DNA from: Octopus vulgaris
Lineage: Eukaryota
NCBI GenBank assembly: GCA_951406725.2
Contig: OX597822.1
Location: forward strand, 77,252,001 to 77,316,000
Reading direction: 5' to 3'
DNA: 64,000 nucleotides
The notes below the pieces were generated by a model that did no database searches, was not told the DNA's origin, and saw only the letters and a list, made by a program, of their open reading frames with translations. Position numbers and translations under genes: made by a program. This document shows positions 14,069-26,804 of this stretch, piece after piece. How positions within the stretch are numbered: the first letter of the stretch is position 1; each line of letters begins with the position of its first letter.

Positions 14069-14455
14069 GGATGGAAGCACTCCGTCGGTTACGACGACGT
14101 GGGTTCCGGTTGATCCGATCAACGGAACAGCCTGCTCGTGAAATTAACGTGTAAGTGGCTGAGCACTCCACAGACACGTGTACCCTTAACGTAGTTCTCG
14201 GGGATATTCAGCGTGACACAGAGAGTGACAAGGCCGGCCCTTTGAAATACAGGTACAACAGAAACAGGAAGTAAGAGTGAGAGAAAGTTGTGGTGAAAGA
14301 GTACAGCAGGGATCACCACCATCCCCTGCCGGAGCCTCGTGGAGCTTTAGGTGTTTTCGCTCAATAAACACTCACCACGCCCGGTCTGGGAATCGAAACC
14401 GCGATCCTACGACCGCGAGTCCGCTGCCCTAACCACTGGGCCATTGCGCCTCCAC
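14069..14455 (-). mobile_element. Full-length young tRNA-derived SINE (family C) with 11-bp TSD
   Basis: Head ggaggcgcaatggcccagtggttagg...ggtttcgattccc; TSD AATGTTGGTGT at 14058-14068 and 14456-14466. Confidence 0.9.
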
Positions 14456-15594
14456 AATGTTGGTGTACCAACCTGGTGGCCAATCACGGTTACGTTATAC
14501 GCCATAGAAATATGTGTTTTATATATCCTTTGTGACAATTCTTTCGACCAAAATATAAACAACTATATAGTTGATCTGCAAGAAGATAAAACTGAATATT
14601 GGAGCTCGTATAACGCAGTTAATATGATAAATATATGGTTTAATACGTTATTCCAGTATACTGTCATAGCATTATATTTATATGCGCGGAATCATACATC
14701 TCTCCCACATACAAATACTAAATCACTTTAAAATATCTTTCAATATAATGAAATAGTAAATTTGTAAAATCGAGGTGAATCTTATACGAAAGTCGACATT
14801 ATGTGCCAGTAAATACGGTAATTCAAAAGCGTCCTCTGCGCAAATAGCTATTCATAATTTTGTGCCAACCTATTTAATACATAGAGCAATGCAACAAGCT
14901 TAGTAGAAGTATATACAAGCGGTAAAGAGAGAAAACCATATTGGCCAATTATTAATATCATTCTCAAACAAGCATGTTTCAGTGTTTGTATCACCTTAGA
15001 GGAACATAAACTTAATATTATCCAAATTAGTTCTTACGGCAACGCCTAAGACTACATTTTATGGCAAAAGAAAACAGAATAGTTTAAGATTTGCTACTTG
15101 TTTTCGAATAGCTGTCGAGGACATTTCAGATCGCTACTAGAATTAATACAAATTTCAGTGGCAGCCGAAATTCTTGTGAAGCTTCCAAGTCAGCTATGAT
15201 AAAACAGAATTATGATCATACGCGTTCTAGCCATGGCCATTCTTTGTTCTTGTATGTCTAGGACTTCATTATCCAGTGTTCATCGTTACAGTAAGGTATA
15301 ATTTGGGGTAATTGAACAGATCGAGCCAAATTATCAATTTTCTGTCTTTTAATAGTTTCAGCCATTGGACTGCGGCCATGCTGGGGCACCACCTCGACGA
15401 GTTTAGTCGAATAAATTGACCTCAGCACTTACGTTTTCATTTAGTCTTGTACATAATCCTATCGGTTTCATTTACTGAACCGCTAAGTTACGGGGATGTA
15501 AACAAACCAATATCAGTTTCTTAACCATACAGCTACGCCTGCATCTTTCAGTAATAGAAGTTAAAGTATTGCAAAAATTGAATTTTACTGTAAA

Positions 15595-15723
15595 CATGGT
15601 TCCGGGTTCAGTCCCACTGCGTGGCACCTTGGCCAAGTGTCTTCTACTATAGTCCCGGGCCGACAAAAGCCTTGTGGGTGGATTTAGTAGACGGAAACTG
15701 AAAGAAGCCCGTCGTATATATAA

Positions 15724-15755
<32 letters not shown>

Positions 15756-15960
15756 TTGTGTGTCTGTCCCCTCAACATCGCTTGACAACCGATGGTGGTG
15801 TGTTTGCGTCCCCGTAACCTAGCGGTTTAGCAAAAGAGAACCGATAGAATAAATACTAGGCTTACAAAGAATAAGTCCTGGGGTCGATTTGCTCGACGAA
15901 AGGGGGTGCCCCAGCATGGCTGCAGTCAAATGACTGAAACAAGTAAAAGATAGTAAAAGA
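15595..15960 (+). mobile_element. SINE family A, near full length (3' half of an opposite-strand copy at 15352-15520)
   Basis: Matches other family A copies, including the central (TA)/(TG) microsatellite. Confidence 0.88.
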
Positions 15961-15984
15961 GTATGTGTTTTAAAAGTCGAATTC

Positions 15985-16460
15985 AGATTTAGCATCTGAT
16001 TCAGCCTCCTGCTTCGCATCACTCATGAATACGGCCTTGAGATACTTAAACTTCTCCACTTGTCTCAGTGATGTTCCTCTGACCATGTAGAGTGCACTGG
16101 GAAGAAGATTCCTTGAGAAAACCATTCTCTCAGTCTTCATATCACTAATTCTTATCCCTGCAACGCAACACTCGGCAATGAATCCCTTCAGTTGGACAGT
16201 GACCGAAAGAGTGCATTTGCGATTACAAATGGCCGAAATAGGTTTCCTCCGAAGAGTCTCTGGAGTAACGTTACTCAACAGGGTGTACAGAGATCAGGCA
16301 GGCCGCTACTTCTCTGCATTAAAAGATCACGCTTCTCTTAGTGTGTGTTTTTAGAATGTCTCAGGAAAGAATCCCAAGGCATGAAACCTGAGGATACACC
16401 AACAATTTGATGGTTGGATAACATTGTCTCAACTGATAACGCTTAGGAATTCAGCTATAA
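15985..16460. mobile_element. RTE-clade LINE ORF2 remnant with 5' inversion
   Basis: Minus 16190-15985: AECCVAGIRISDMKTERMVFSR...LRQVEKFKYL; plus from 16193: WTVTERVHLRLQMAEIGFLRRVSGVTLLNRV. Confidence 0.75.
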
Positions 16461-17068
16461 GATATAATGACCTGGGCGAGGAGGTGCCCGGTGATTCTAT
16501 CCACACAACCCTCCCAGGGAAAATGTCCGCTGAAAATGGTTGGGTAGAATTTAGATTGAAGAAAGTTGTAAATATTGGTAACACATCCTATTTATCTACC
16601 TACGTGTGTGTATGTGTTTGTGTGTCCCTTGTCAGTACATAGAACCGTGCTTTGTTCGTGGTTAAAGAGTCTTTGAATCTTGTCTCTAGCAATGCTGGTT
16701 CTACCCTGAACTTTAGTTCTCTCTAAAATGGTTGTCTCCCTTGACAGTACATAGAACTGTGCTTTGATTGTGGTAAAAGAGTATTTTACTCTTGTTTCTA
16801 GCAATGCTGATGTTGCTCTGCACACTTAGTCGCTTTTAGTGACGGCGAATTTTCCATAAGCGAGTTGAGGACTGTCTGCAATTCACTCTGCAGGTTCTAA
16901 ATGTGACGACTAGAGCTAAATGTGACGAGTATATATACCATTCTGCCTAAAAAATGGATCTACAAATTCAGTATCCCTACATATCTCACATCTATTTTCT
17001 TTCCTCCACCTCACTCTCTATTTTGTATCCTATCTAATTTATTTATTACTTAATCATCTTCTCACACC

Positions 17069-17120
17069 GTCTCCGAAGAAGGGATATAATAAAAAAATAT
17101 CCTGGAAACAGCTGTAAGAC
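17069..17120 (+). ncRNA. Type I hammerhead-like motif (U4C variant)
   Basis: gtct-CCGAAGA-a-gggatat(aataaaaaa)atatcct-g-GAAA-cagctg-ta-agac; palindromic stem III; upstream of a (TA)n run. Confidence 0.6.
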
Positions 17121-17187
17121 CTTCTATCTATAACTGTTCTAATATCTACACAGCGTTGGTTTTTTATCTATTTACGCAAAAAATTCT

Positions 17188-17265
<78 letters not shown>

Positions 17266-17400
17266 TATATTATATTATATTATATTAGAGATAAACCACT
17301 ATTAGGCAAATCATACAATGAAAAACTTAAGCCAATACATAAGATTAATTAATTTATATTATTTTAAATATATATCAAAATTATTAAAAAAAGATAATTA

Positions 17401-17444
<44 letters not shown>

Positions 17445-17904
17445 AATGTCCTTCCATTTTAGAGAGAATATTTGAGTAGCAGAACATATTTCAACATTCT
17501 TGTACTGATTTCGAGGTCTCATATTCTTTAGGCAGGTATTTCACCGCCAAGGTGTCTAAATGGAGGAAATAACAACCACTTGCAAGATGACTCATAAAAT
17601 GAAAGTAAGTAAGCAGCAAAGTGTTACTTCGATGCACAATGAAGCCATTACAAATATTCAGTTACATGTGCGCGTGTTAGTAAATATGTATATGTGGGTG
17701 GTGCGTGTGTGTGTACGAGTCGGTGTTTATATGTATTTGTGTGTTTGTAATATGGCATATATGTGTGTGGGCGTACATAACTCTGCGAACGTATCTGTAT
17801 ATTTTTCTATCGCGCGGCGCCTCACAGACTATTAGCGCGAAATTTTGCAAATGCAAGGCACCGGCCCTTGACGGCACACTAGGCGATGATACTATACATA
17901 CAGG

Positions 17905-18002
<98 letters not shown>

Positions 18003-18019
18003 CATAGATACATAGATAG

Positions 18020-18058
<39 letters not shown>

Positions 18059-18941
18059 TAGAGAGAGATGCCTACACACTCATATATATGTATGCATATA
18101 CATACATACATACACACACACATATATCATATGTATTGGGTTTGCATTCATCATATTCATTCTTTAATAAACCTAGCAAACATATATTGAGAATTACTGT
18201 GAAAATAAACGCCAGTTCTTTCACCTGCTTGAAATGGGGATCGCACCGACTAGTTTCACCTTGCATTCAAAATTCCTCAGTAATCGCTTCCTTCGTCTTA
18301 TGAGATGACGAGACTAAAAAGAACGAACCTTCTTATATGGTACGTTGTACTTAACCTCAGAATTATGATATGCACAACGAAATATGCATGATGCAACTTG
18401 TTTGACAGCATAATGCTACGAGCTGGATAGATTACGCAACTGCATCATGTGTGTGTAGCTGATATTATTGATATATGAGTGCACGTATCTGTATGTATGT
18501 ATGTATGTATGTATGTATGTGTGTATATATATATATGAATGTGTATATTTACATATATTTAAACGCACACACACACACACATATAAGATCTTTGTTGGAT
18601 ATAAAGGTAGGGTATTTCCAGCGAAGCACTCAACCCGAGTTCAGGGCAATCAATGCTGTCGGATTCCAAACTAATAATGAAATTCTTCAAGCTTAGAAAA
18701 TCCAGGTTTCACGGCGGTAAAACCTTTAGTGTGGGTGTGGCGGCGAAGAGTAAACTATAATCTAAGGAATAAGACAAAGAAATCTTTTAACATCTTTAAT
18801 GATCGGTTACAATTGTTTCTATACCAACTCTGCTTGCAACACCAGTTTACGTAATATTCGAAGTGAAAATTTACGTAATGTTTGCGGTTTAAGACATTAG
18901 AGTGACACTTCATCAGACGTGTGTTACTGGTGCGCACTTAC

Positions 18942-19099
<158 letters not shown>

Positions 19100-19475
19100 T
19101 TATATACATAGGTTTCGTGTTGGTTGTCGGAAGAAGCAGTGCTCAGATGGTTGTAGAGATTAATAACATATTTTAAATTTTGGTCGAGTTAGTCTCTTGT
19201 TAGTCTGAGTTACACCTGAAGGGGTGCTGCAGTTACGTAATTCATGTACACGAGTCGCCACTGTTCATGGCACAAGGAGCGACCAAATTCATTTGATCGT
19301 TCACTGTACAGAAAAGTGCTCAACACAAAATTCAAGTCGAACTCAAATTTAAATGCAAATTTCGATGAGGCTTCATTATTCGGTAGATATCCAACGCTAT
19401 TCCTTGCCACTTACTCCGAAATAATTTTATAAGCAAACGTTAATAGAGTATTTTATGCAATAAAAAAAAACGAAT

Positions 19476-19833
19476 ATGGTTCCGGGTTTAGTCCCACTGC
19501 GTGGCAACTTCGGCAAATGTCTTCTACTATAGCCTCGGGTCGACCAAAACCATGTGTGGGGATTTGGTAGACGTAAACTGAAAGAAGCCCATCGTATATA
19601 TATATAATAATAAATATTAGGGCTAATTTGATATAATATATATATATAAGTTCAGCAAAAATTTACATTCAAATGAATATGGTACTTAATTTAGATGCAC
19701 CAGAATTCTGTATGGTGTTATCCATATAAATCCGTAGGGTGATTATAATCAAAATAAGCAACAAGAATGACTCCGGTAATTTGGTACTGTCGTACCAAAT
19801 TACCGGAGTCATTCTTGTTGCTTATTTTGATTA

Positions 19834-19883
<50 letters not shown>

Positions 19884-20325
19884 GACAACAAAAGAATGAA
19901 ACCTCGATATTAGATAAATAGAAGATTATTTATATGTTATAATTTAGAACAAACAGTAACTTCCCTTTTATTCAACGGTTTTACATAGCGTCTGTTGCCA
20001 TTAATAACCGACGAAAATGCATCGTAGCCCTTCACTCCGACATTCGAAACTCCGAGTACTATGACAGCCTTTTACTATTTGCTCTAAATTATAACACACA
20101 TATCTATATGTGTGTGTGTTTTTAGGTATGTATTTTTGTGTTTGTACCCCACCATCGCTTGACAACCGATGCTGGTGTGCTTACGTCCCCGTAACTTAGC
20201 GGTTTGGCAAAAGAATAAGTACTAGACTTACAAAGAATAAGTCCTGGGGTCGATTTGTTCGGCAAAAGACGGTGCCCCAGCATGGCCACACTCAAATGAC
20301 TGAAACAAGTAAAAGAATAAAAGAA
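19476..20325 (+). mobile_element. SINE family A split by ~500 bp of (TA)n-embedded insertions
   Basis: 5' half 19476-19600 and 3' half about 20110-20325 are colinear with the intact copy at 15595-15960. Confidence 0.8.
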
Positions 20326-20854
20326 GTTGAGTGTTTGTGCGCTCGCACATAGTCTGAGTGTACTCGCGTGTTTGTGCGCATACCCAGAATGCATTTGTGT
20401 GTGTGTTAGCGCGCGTACGCGCACAGCGTGTTTGTGTATGATTTGTATGCGTATGTATGCGTATGTGCGCGTGCCCACAGTGTATTTGTGTGCGTGCGTG
20501 TGTACAAAACGTATTTGTGTGCGTGAAAATACGACAGCTACAACAAAAATGAAAAACATAACAAATGATACAACAAACAGATCATGACCACAAAATATGG
20601 CTGCAAGAAGGAATTCACGCCTTATCGTCCGTCAAACAAACGTGAAAAATGATGTCCTAAATCAAGGGTGGGAAAACCTCCGTCCGCGGGCGGAGTTGCG
20701 CCCACAAACCCGTTTCATTGTGCCCGTAGGCTGATATACTCATATGTACAAAATATATTAAATTTTTCAATCATAAAATTTATACAATACTTGTATGCCT
20801 ATCATTTATATTGTTTACATTTCACGGATATTTGTCCTCATTTTGTTTGTTGTC

Positions 20855-20900
20855 AACACAACGTTTCGACTGATATACCCTCCAGCCTTCATCAGGTGTC
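20855..20900 (-). ncRNA. Minimal type I hammerhead ribozyme motif
   Basis: Minus strand gacac-CTGATGA-a-ggctgg(agggtata)tcagtc-GAAA-cg-tt-gtgtt. Confidence 0.75.
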
Positions 20901-21057
20901 TTGGGGAAATTTCGAACCTGGGTTCTCATTCCTAAGGTATTTTTCGATATTATTATTATTATTATTCAGTAGTTATATTTTTATAGCGTGCTTTCACTTC
21001 ACTACCGAGCACAGCTCTGTGTGCCTTGGGTATGTGCTGTGATTTGTTGTGATGCTC

Positions 21058-21113
<56 letters not shown>

Positions 21114-21219
21114 TTCACTGCCTGGAATCGAACTCGGAATCTTGGGGTTAGTAGCCCGCGCTCTTAATCACTACGCCATATGCCCGTGCCTGATAATTTG
21201 ATTCCAGACAGTGACCTGG

Positions 21220-21276
<57 letters not shown>

Positions 21277-21323
21277 TTGAAAAATACCTTAGGAATGAGA
21301 ACCCAGGTTCGAAATTTCCCCAA

Positions 21324-21369
21324 GACACCTGATGAAGGTTGGCGGGTATATCAACTGAAACGTTGTGTT
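21324..21369 (+). ncRNA. Minimal type I hammerhead ribozyme motif
   Basis: gacac-CTGATGA-a-ggttgg(cgggtata)tcaact-GAAA-cg-tt-gtgtt; canonical core, stems I and II pair, stem III reduced to palindromic ACGT. Confidence 0.75.
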
Positions 21370-21833
21370 AATAACAAACAAGATGAGGACAAATATCCGT
21401 CAAATGTAAATAATTCCTCATCTCTTAAATATAGAACTATACTTGTATGCCTATTTACGACATTTCCACTACGATCTGGTATGACCACCAATTTGGTCCG
21501 GCTCTACTCAAACACTTCTGCCGAATTCTCTACCCAAGTAAGATATCCACCCATCTATCCATCCATCCATCCATACATACATATATACATGCATATATTA
21601 CATAGAAACACACACACACACAGATATTGCACATCACCGCTGAGATAACTCCAGTTATTATAGAATTCAACACGGTAGTAAAATATTTGCCTTAGAGTAC
21701 AGGTGCGTGGATGACAAGTTCGTCATCACTCCACATGAGAAACATACATGCGAGTAAAGAAATCACAAGCTAACTTCTCTGTACTTTCACACTCTCAGTG
21801 ACAGACAGAAACAGACACAGACACACGCACGCA

Positions 21834-21885
<52 letters not shown>

Positions 21886-22426
21886 CATACACACACACAT
21901 ACAGTGTGTACGCGCGCGCAAACGTGTGAGTATGTGCGTGCGTTTACATTTCTGAAACTCTGTATGTATGTACATATATATATATATATATATACGTAAA
22001 TACATATTTGTGTGTGTGTGTGTGTGTACAGAGAGAGAGAAAGGGAGTGAAAGAGACATAAATACCATACCTATATATAGACGCATCCGCATGTTTATAA
22101 ATAATGCTCATATATACATAAATACTAACACACATATATATATAAACATTGATATTCATATATATTCCTAGATATATGTGTATGTGTTTGCGCGCCTACT
22201 TATTTATAAACCTGAGTATGCATATATGTTTTATCATGCATGACTATCATTTATATATATGAATATCATTTATATAGATAGATAGATATGTGTGTATGTG
22301 TATGTATATATATATATGTATATATATATGTATATATACATATATAAAATCTTATATATATATTCTTACGTAAATATCATATATATATATATATATATGA
22401 ACACATACATACACATAGATGTATGT

Positions 22427-22515
<89 letters not shown>

Positions 22516-22597
22516 AAGAGAGAGAGATGTGTGTGTGTGTGTACATATATATATATATATATTTATAGAAAGAGAGAGAGAGAGATATGTGTGTGTG

Positions 22598-22639
<42 letters not shown>

Positions 22640-23500
22640 TGTGTATGTTTATGTTTGTATGTGTGAGCGTGTGTAAGTGCATAATTGATGTATATTTATA
22701 AATAAATTATTTCTATATAATAGTGTATCCGTTTTGCATTGTACATTCTTATGTACATGCACACACACGCGCATATGTACAGACACGCGCGCGCGTTAGC
22801 AAGAGAGAGAAAAAGAGATAATTAAGGGCGGTATATAATGACAGATTAGCCGAATGACGTTAGGGGCTCTAATAAAAGATTAGGGTTACATGTTTTCCCC
22901 GTAGACCTATTTCTAACCTGCAAACAAATGTACCAGTCTATTTCTGTTATTGCAGCTCCTGACAACATTCTTTGGTGACGTAAATATTTATGAAGAATGC
23001 GGTATAGTTTGGTTTGGGGGTGCTGTTTCTCAAGGAACCCATTGCCATAGGTGGTCTTCCTTCTGGGACTAGATAGATTGGCGGTGTCGAGGTTTAGCTG
23101 TGGCGCCATGGGATATCATTCATACAGCAGAAGTTAAAGAGAGAAAGGTTGGGTGATACAGAAATATGTTTTAGCTTGTCAGATAAATTCACTCGTTTTC
23201 GTTGTTGTAGGTTTCTTTGTTTTCCAACGTTATTCGAAATATCACGAAAAATATCTTGATCGTAGTGTTTAATATTTTTGTTCTTCTATTCTTCTACAAT
23301 GTTTTGAAAATTTGAGTAAATTTTACCTTTATGCTGACATGTGACGATGGCATGCTACGTGGTAAAGAAACGAACGAATTTATCTGACAACTTAATAAAC
23401 CGGTTACATGGATAAATACTTCTGGATGGTTTGTGAGTGCATGCATGTGAGTGTGTGTATGTGTGTGTATGTGTGTGTATGTATGTGGGAATTGTGTGTG

Positions 23501-23542
<42 letters not shown>

Positions 23543-23630
23543 TGTATGTGTGTGTGTACAAACCTTTACCTCAATGTTTTATATATTCAAGCTTGAGTAG
23601 CCAACTCAACTCCTCACTAGAATAAAATAA

Positions 23631-23995
23631 CAGGAATGGCTGTGTGGTAACAAGCTTGCTTCCGAATTATTTAGTTCCGGGTTCAGTCCCACTATGTGGT
23701 ACATTGGGCGAGTGTCTTCTACTATAGCCTCGGCCTTGTGAGTGGATTTGGTAGGCAGAAACTAAAAGAAGCACATCGTGTACATGTGTGTGTGTGACTG
23801 TGTTTGTGCCCTCCACCACCACTGCTTGACAACCGGTGTTCGTGTATTTACGTCCCTGCATCTCAGCGATTCGGAAAGAATGACCGATAGAATAAGTATC
23901 AGGCTTTAAAAAAACTACTGGGGTCGATTTATTGGACTAAAAGTTCTTGAAAGCTATGCCCCAGTATGGCCGCAGTCTAATTACTGAAACAAGTA
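23631..23995 (+). mobile_element. SINE family A, full length, diverged
   Basis: caggaatggctgtgtgg head to ttactgaaacaagtaa tail. Confidence 0.85.
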
Positions 23996-24242
23996 ATGAC
24001 ATCTGACGTAATAAGAGGTCACATATCATTCATTGTTACATGACACTTGTCTTACCGCCTGCATTTAGAAAACAAATTTTCCTTTATATTTTTTTAATAG
24101 AATTTTGAAAATGATATTACTTTGAATAAAAACAAATTAATTTTATAGCCCTGGATTTCTTTAGAATGTAGCAAAAGATTCATTTTGCTTTTTTCTTTAA
24201 TTGAAACATGAGATAGTACTTGGTAATGGAAGAGAATTTCTC

Positions 24243-24719
24243 AGGCGCAGGAGTAAGTTATAGGCGCATGCGTAAGAAGTTTGCCTCCCAACAATTTGGT
24301 TTGGTGTTTAATCCCGCATCATGGGGCGTTGGGCAGGTGTCGTCTATTATAACCTCGGACCAACCAATGTTTTATGAATGAATATGACAGGCGGAAACTC
24401 AAAGAATCCCAGGGAATATAATTCCAAACTTACAAGGAAAAATTCAATTTAGCAATTCTAAATCAAATTTCACAATATATGATATGTATATAATTAAGAG
24501 AAATAACCTCTATTAAGCAGTTCAATAGTGAAAGACCTTATCCATATTAAATAGAAAAAATTTAAATATATATTTAAATATAAATATTATTCAAAATGTC
24601 AAAAAATGTTTATTTAATTTATTGATTTTTTAAATAATATTTATTATAGTATGTTTAAATTTTTTCTATTTAATATGGATGTCTTTCACCATTGAACTGC
24701 TTAATAGAGGTTATTTCTC

Positions 24720-24772
<53 letters not shown>

Positions 24773-24990
24773 TATGCATGCATGAGTATGTGTGTATCCC
24801 CACATCGATTGACAACCAGCGTTGGTTAGTTTACGCCCGCATAGCATAGTGGTTCGACAAAAATAGATCGATATGATAAGTCCCAAGCTGAAAAAACGAA
24901 AGTACTGGGGTCGATTTGTTCAACTAAACTCTTCAAGGCAGTACTGCAGCATGACAGCAGACCACTGATTGAAATAAGTAAAGAGATATA
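24243..24990 (+). mobile_element. Old SINE family A split by a (TA)n-embedded insert with inverted ends
   Basis: 5' half 24243-24410, 3' half about 24785-24990; insert 24411-24760. Confidence 0.7.
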
Positions 24991-25436
24991 AATGTAAAAG
25001 ATGTTTATTTTTCACATTGCTGGTATATGGTGGCTTGTACCATATCATATTTCTCTTGTTAATACTTCTCATAAAACATGTAATTGCAGTTTCTAATAAG
25101 AATTAATTTATATTTTGTTCTTCTTGTGGCTGTTTTTCTAGCTTGTTTACAATATTAATTATCTTGTTTACAACTAATTATGAGCAAGAATACCTACGAT
25201 AGACACAATAAAAGCTGCACGTTAGTCATTAATAAAATAATAATATACTCTACTTCTTAACATTCTGAGTTCAAATCCCACCTACCTGAAGGAGGCAACG
25301 GAAAACCAAAATTCCAGTAATCTACTTAACAGCGGCAGGTGGGGGTCACGGGCCTTTCTCAGGATTGTATAGTCTGCTGGAGAAGGTTCACATGCATTGG
25401 ACCTGCCCAAGAGTAGACATGTGTGTGTGTGTGTGT

Positions 25437-25472
<36 letters not shown>

Positions 25473-25716
25473 GCGTGATAGGAATCTATAAACTTTGAGA
25501 GGACATGAAATGATTCTTTTTTGAAAGTATGGATCTCAAAGAAGATGATACAGTTATAAATAATAACATGTAGTGGATGTACATACAAACTTCGGCTGTC
25601 CAAAGTTTTTTTTTTCCTTTAAAAATCCGGTAGTTACACACCATTATTCATAGATTTATTACCTTCTTCGCGATCTGCTGTTCCAAGAAAGAATTACGCG
25701 CACACACACACATATA

Positions 25717-25927
25717 TTCTTTTATTCTTTTATTTGTTTCAGTCATTTGACTGAGGCCATGCTGGAGCACCGACTTTAGTCGAGCAAATCGACCCCAGGA
25801 CTTATTCTTTATAAGCCTAGTACTTACTCTATCGGTGTCTTTTGCCGAACTACTAAGTTATGGGGACGTAAACACACCAACTTCGGTTGTCAAGCGATGG
25901 TGGGAGTACAAACACAGACATAGAAAG

Positions 25928-25970
<43 letters not shown>

Positions 25971-26121
25971 CTTCTTTCAGCTTCCGTCTACCAAATCTAC
26001 TCACAAGGCTTTGGTCGGCCCGAGGCTGTAGTAGAAGACACTTGCCGAAGGTGCCGCGCAGTGGAACGGAACCCGGAACCATGTGGTTGGTAAGCAAGCT
26101 GCTTACCAACCACTCCTGCGC

Positions 26122-26123
<2 letters not shown>
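25717..26123 (-). mobile_element. SINE family A, full length
   Basis: Reverse complement of family A. Confidence 0.88.
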
Positions 26124-26700
<577 letters not shown>

Positions 26701-26804
26701 AAACACACACACACATATGTATGTATGAATGAATGCATGTATGTATTTATGCATCCATGCATGTATGTAAGTTTGTGTGTGGTGTGTGCATATACATACA
26801 TGCA

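Larger units (their letters stand above)
20803..21438. mobile_element. Head-to-head pair of tRNA-headed, hammerhead-bearing SINE-like elements with 16-bp TSD
   Basis: Minus copy 21185-20803: tRNA-like head, (AAT)n, ribozyme tail. Plus copy about 21198-21438, 5'-truncated in the B box. TSD ATACTTGTATGCCTAT at 20787-20802 and 21439-21454. Confidence 0.85.

Noticed and set aside
21111-21185. tRNA gene
   Set aside because: A/B boxes are present but the acceptor stem does not pair and it runs into (AAT)n; it is a SINE head.
22846-23115. Penelope-like RT remnant (PMAPQL...ANL)
   Set aside because: Only one weak motif and no YxDD seen; too degenerate to call.
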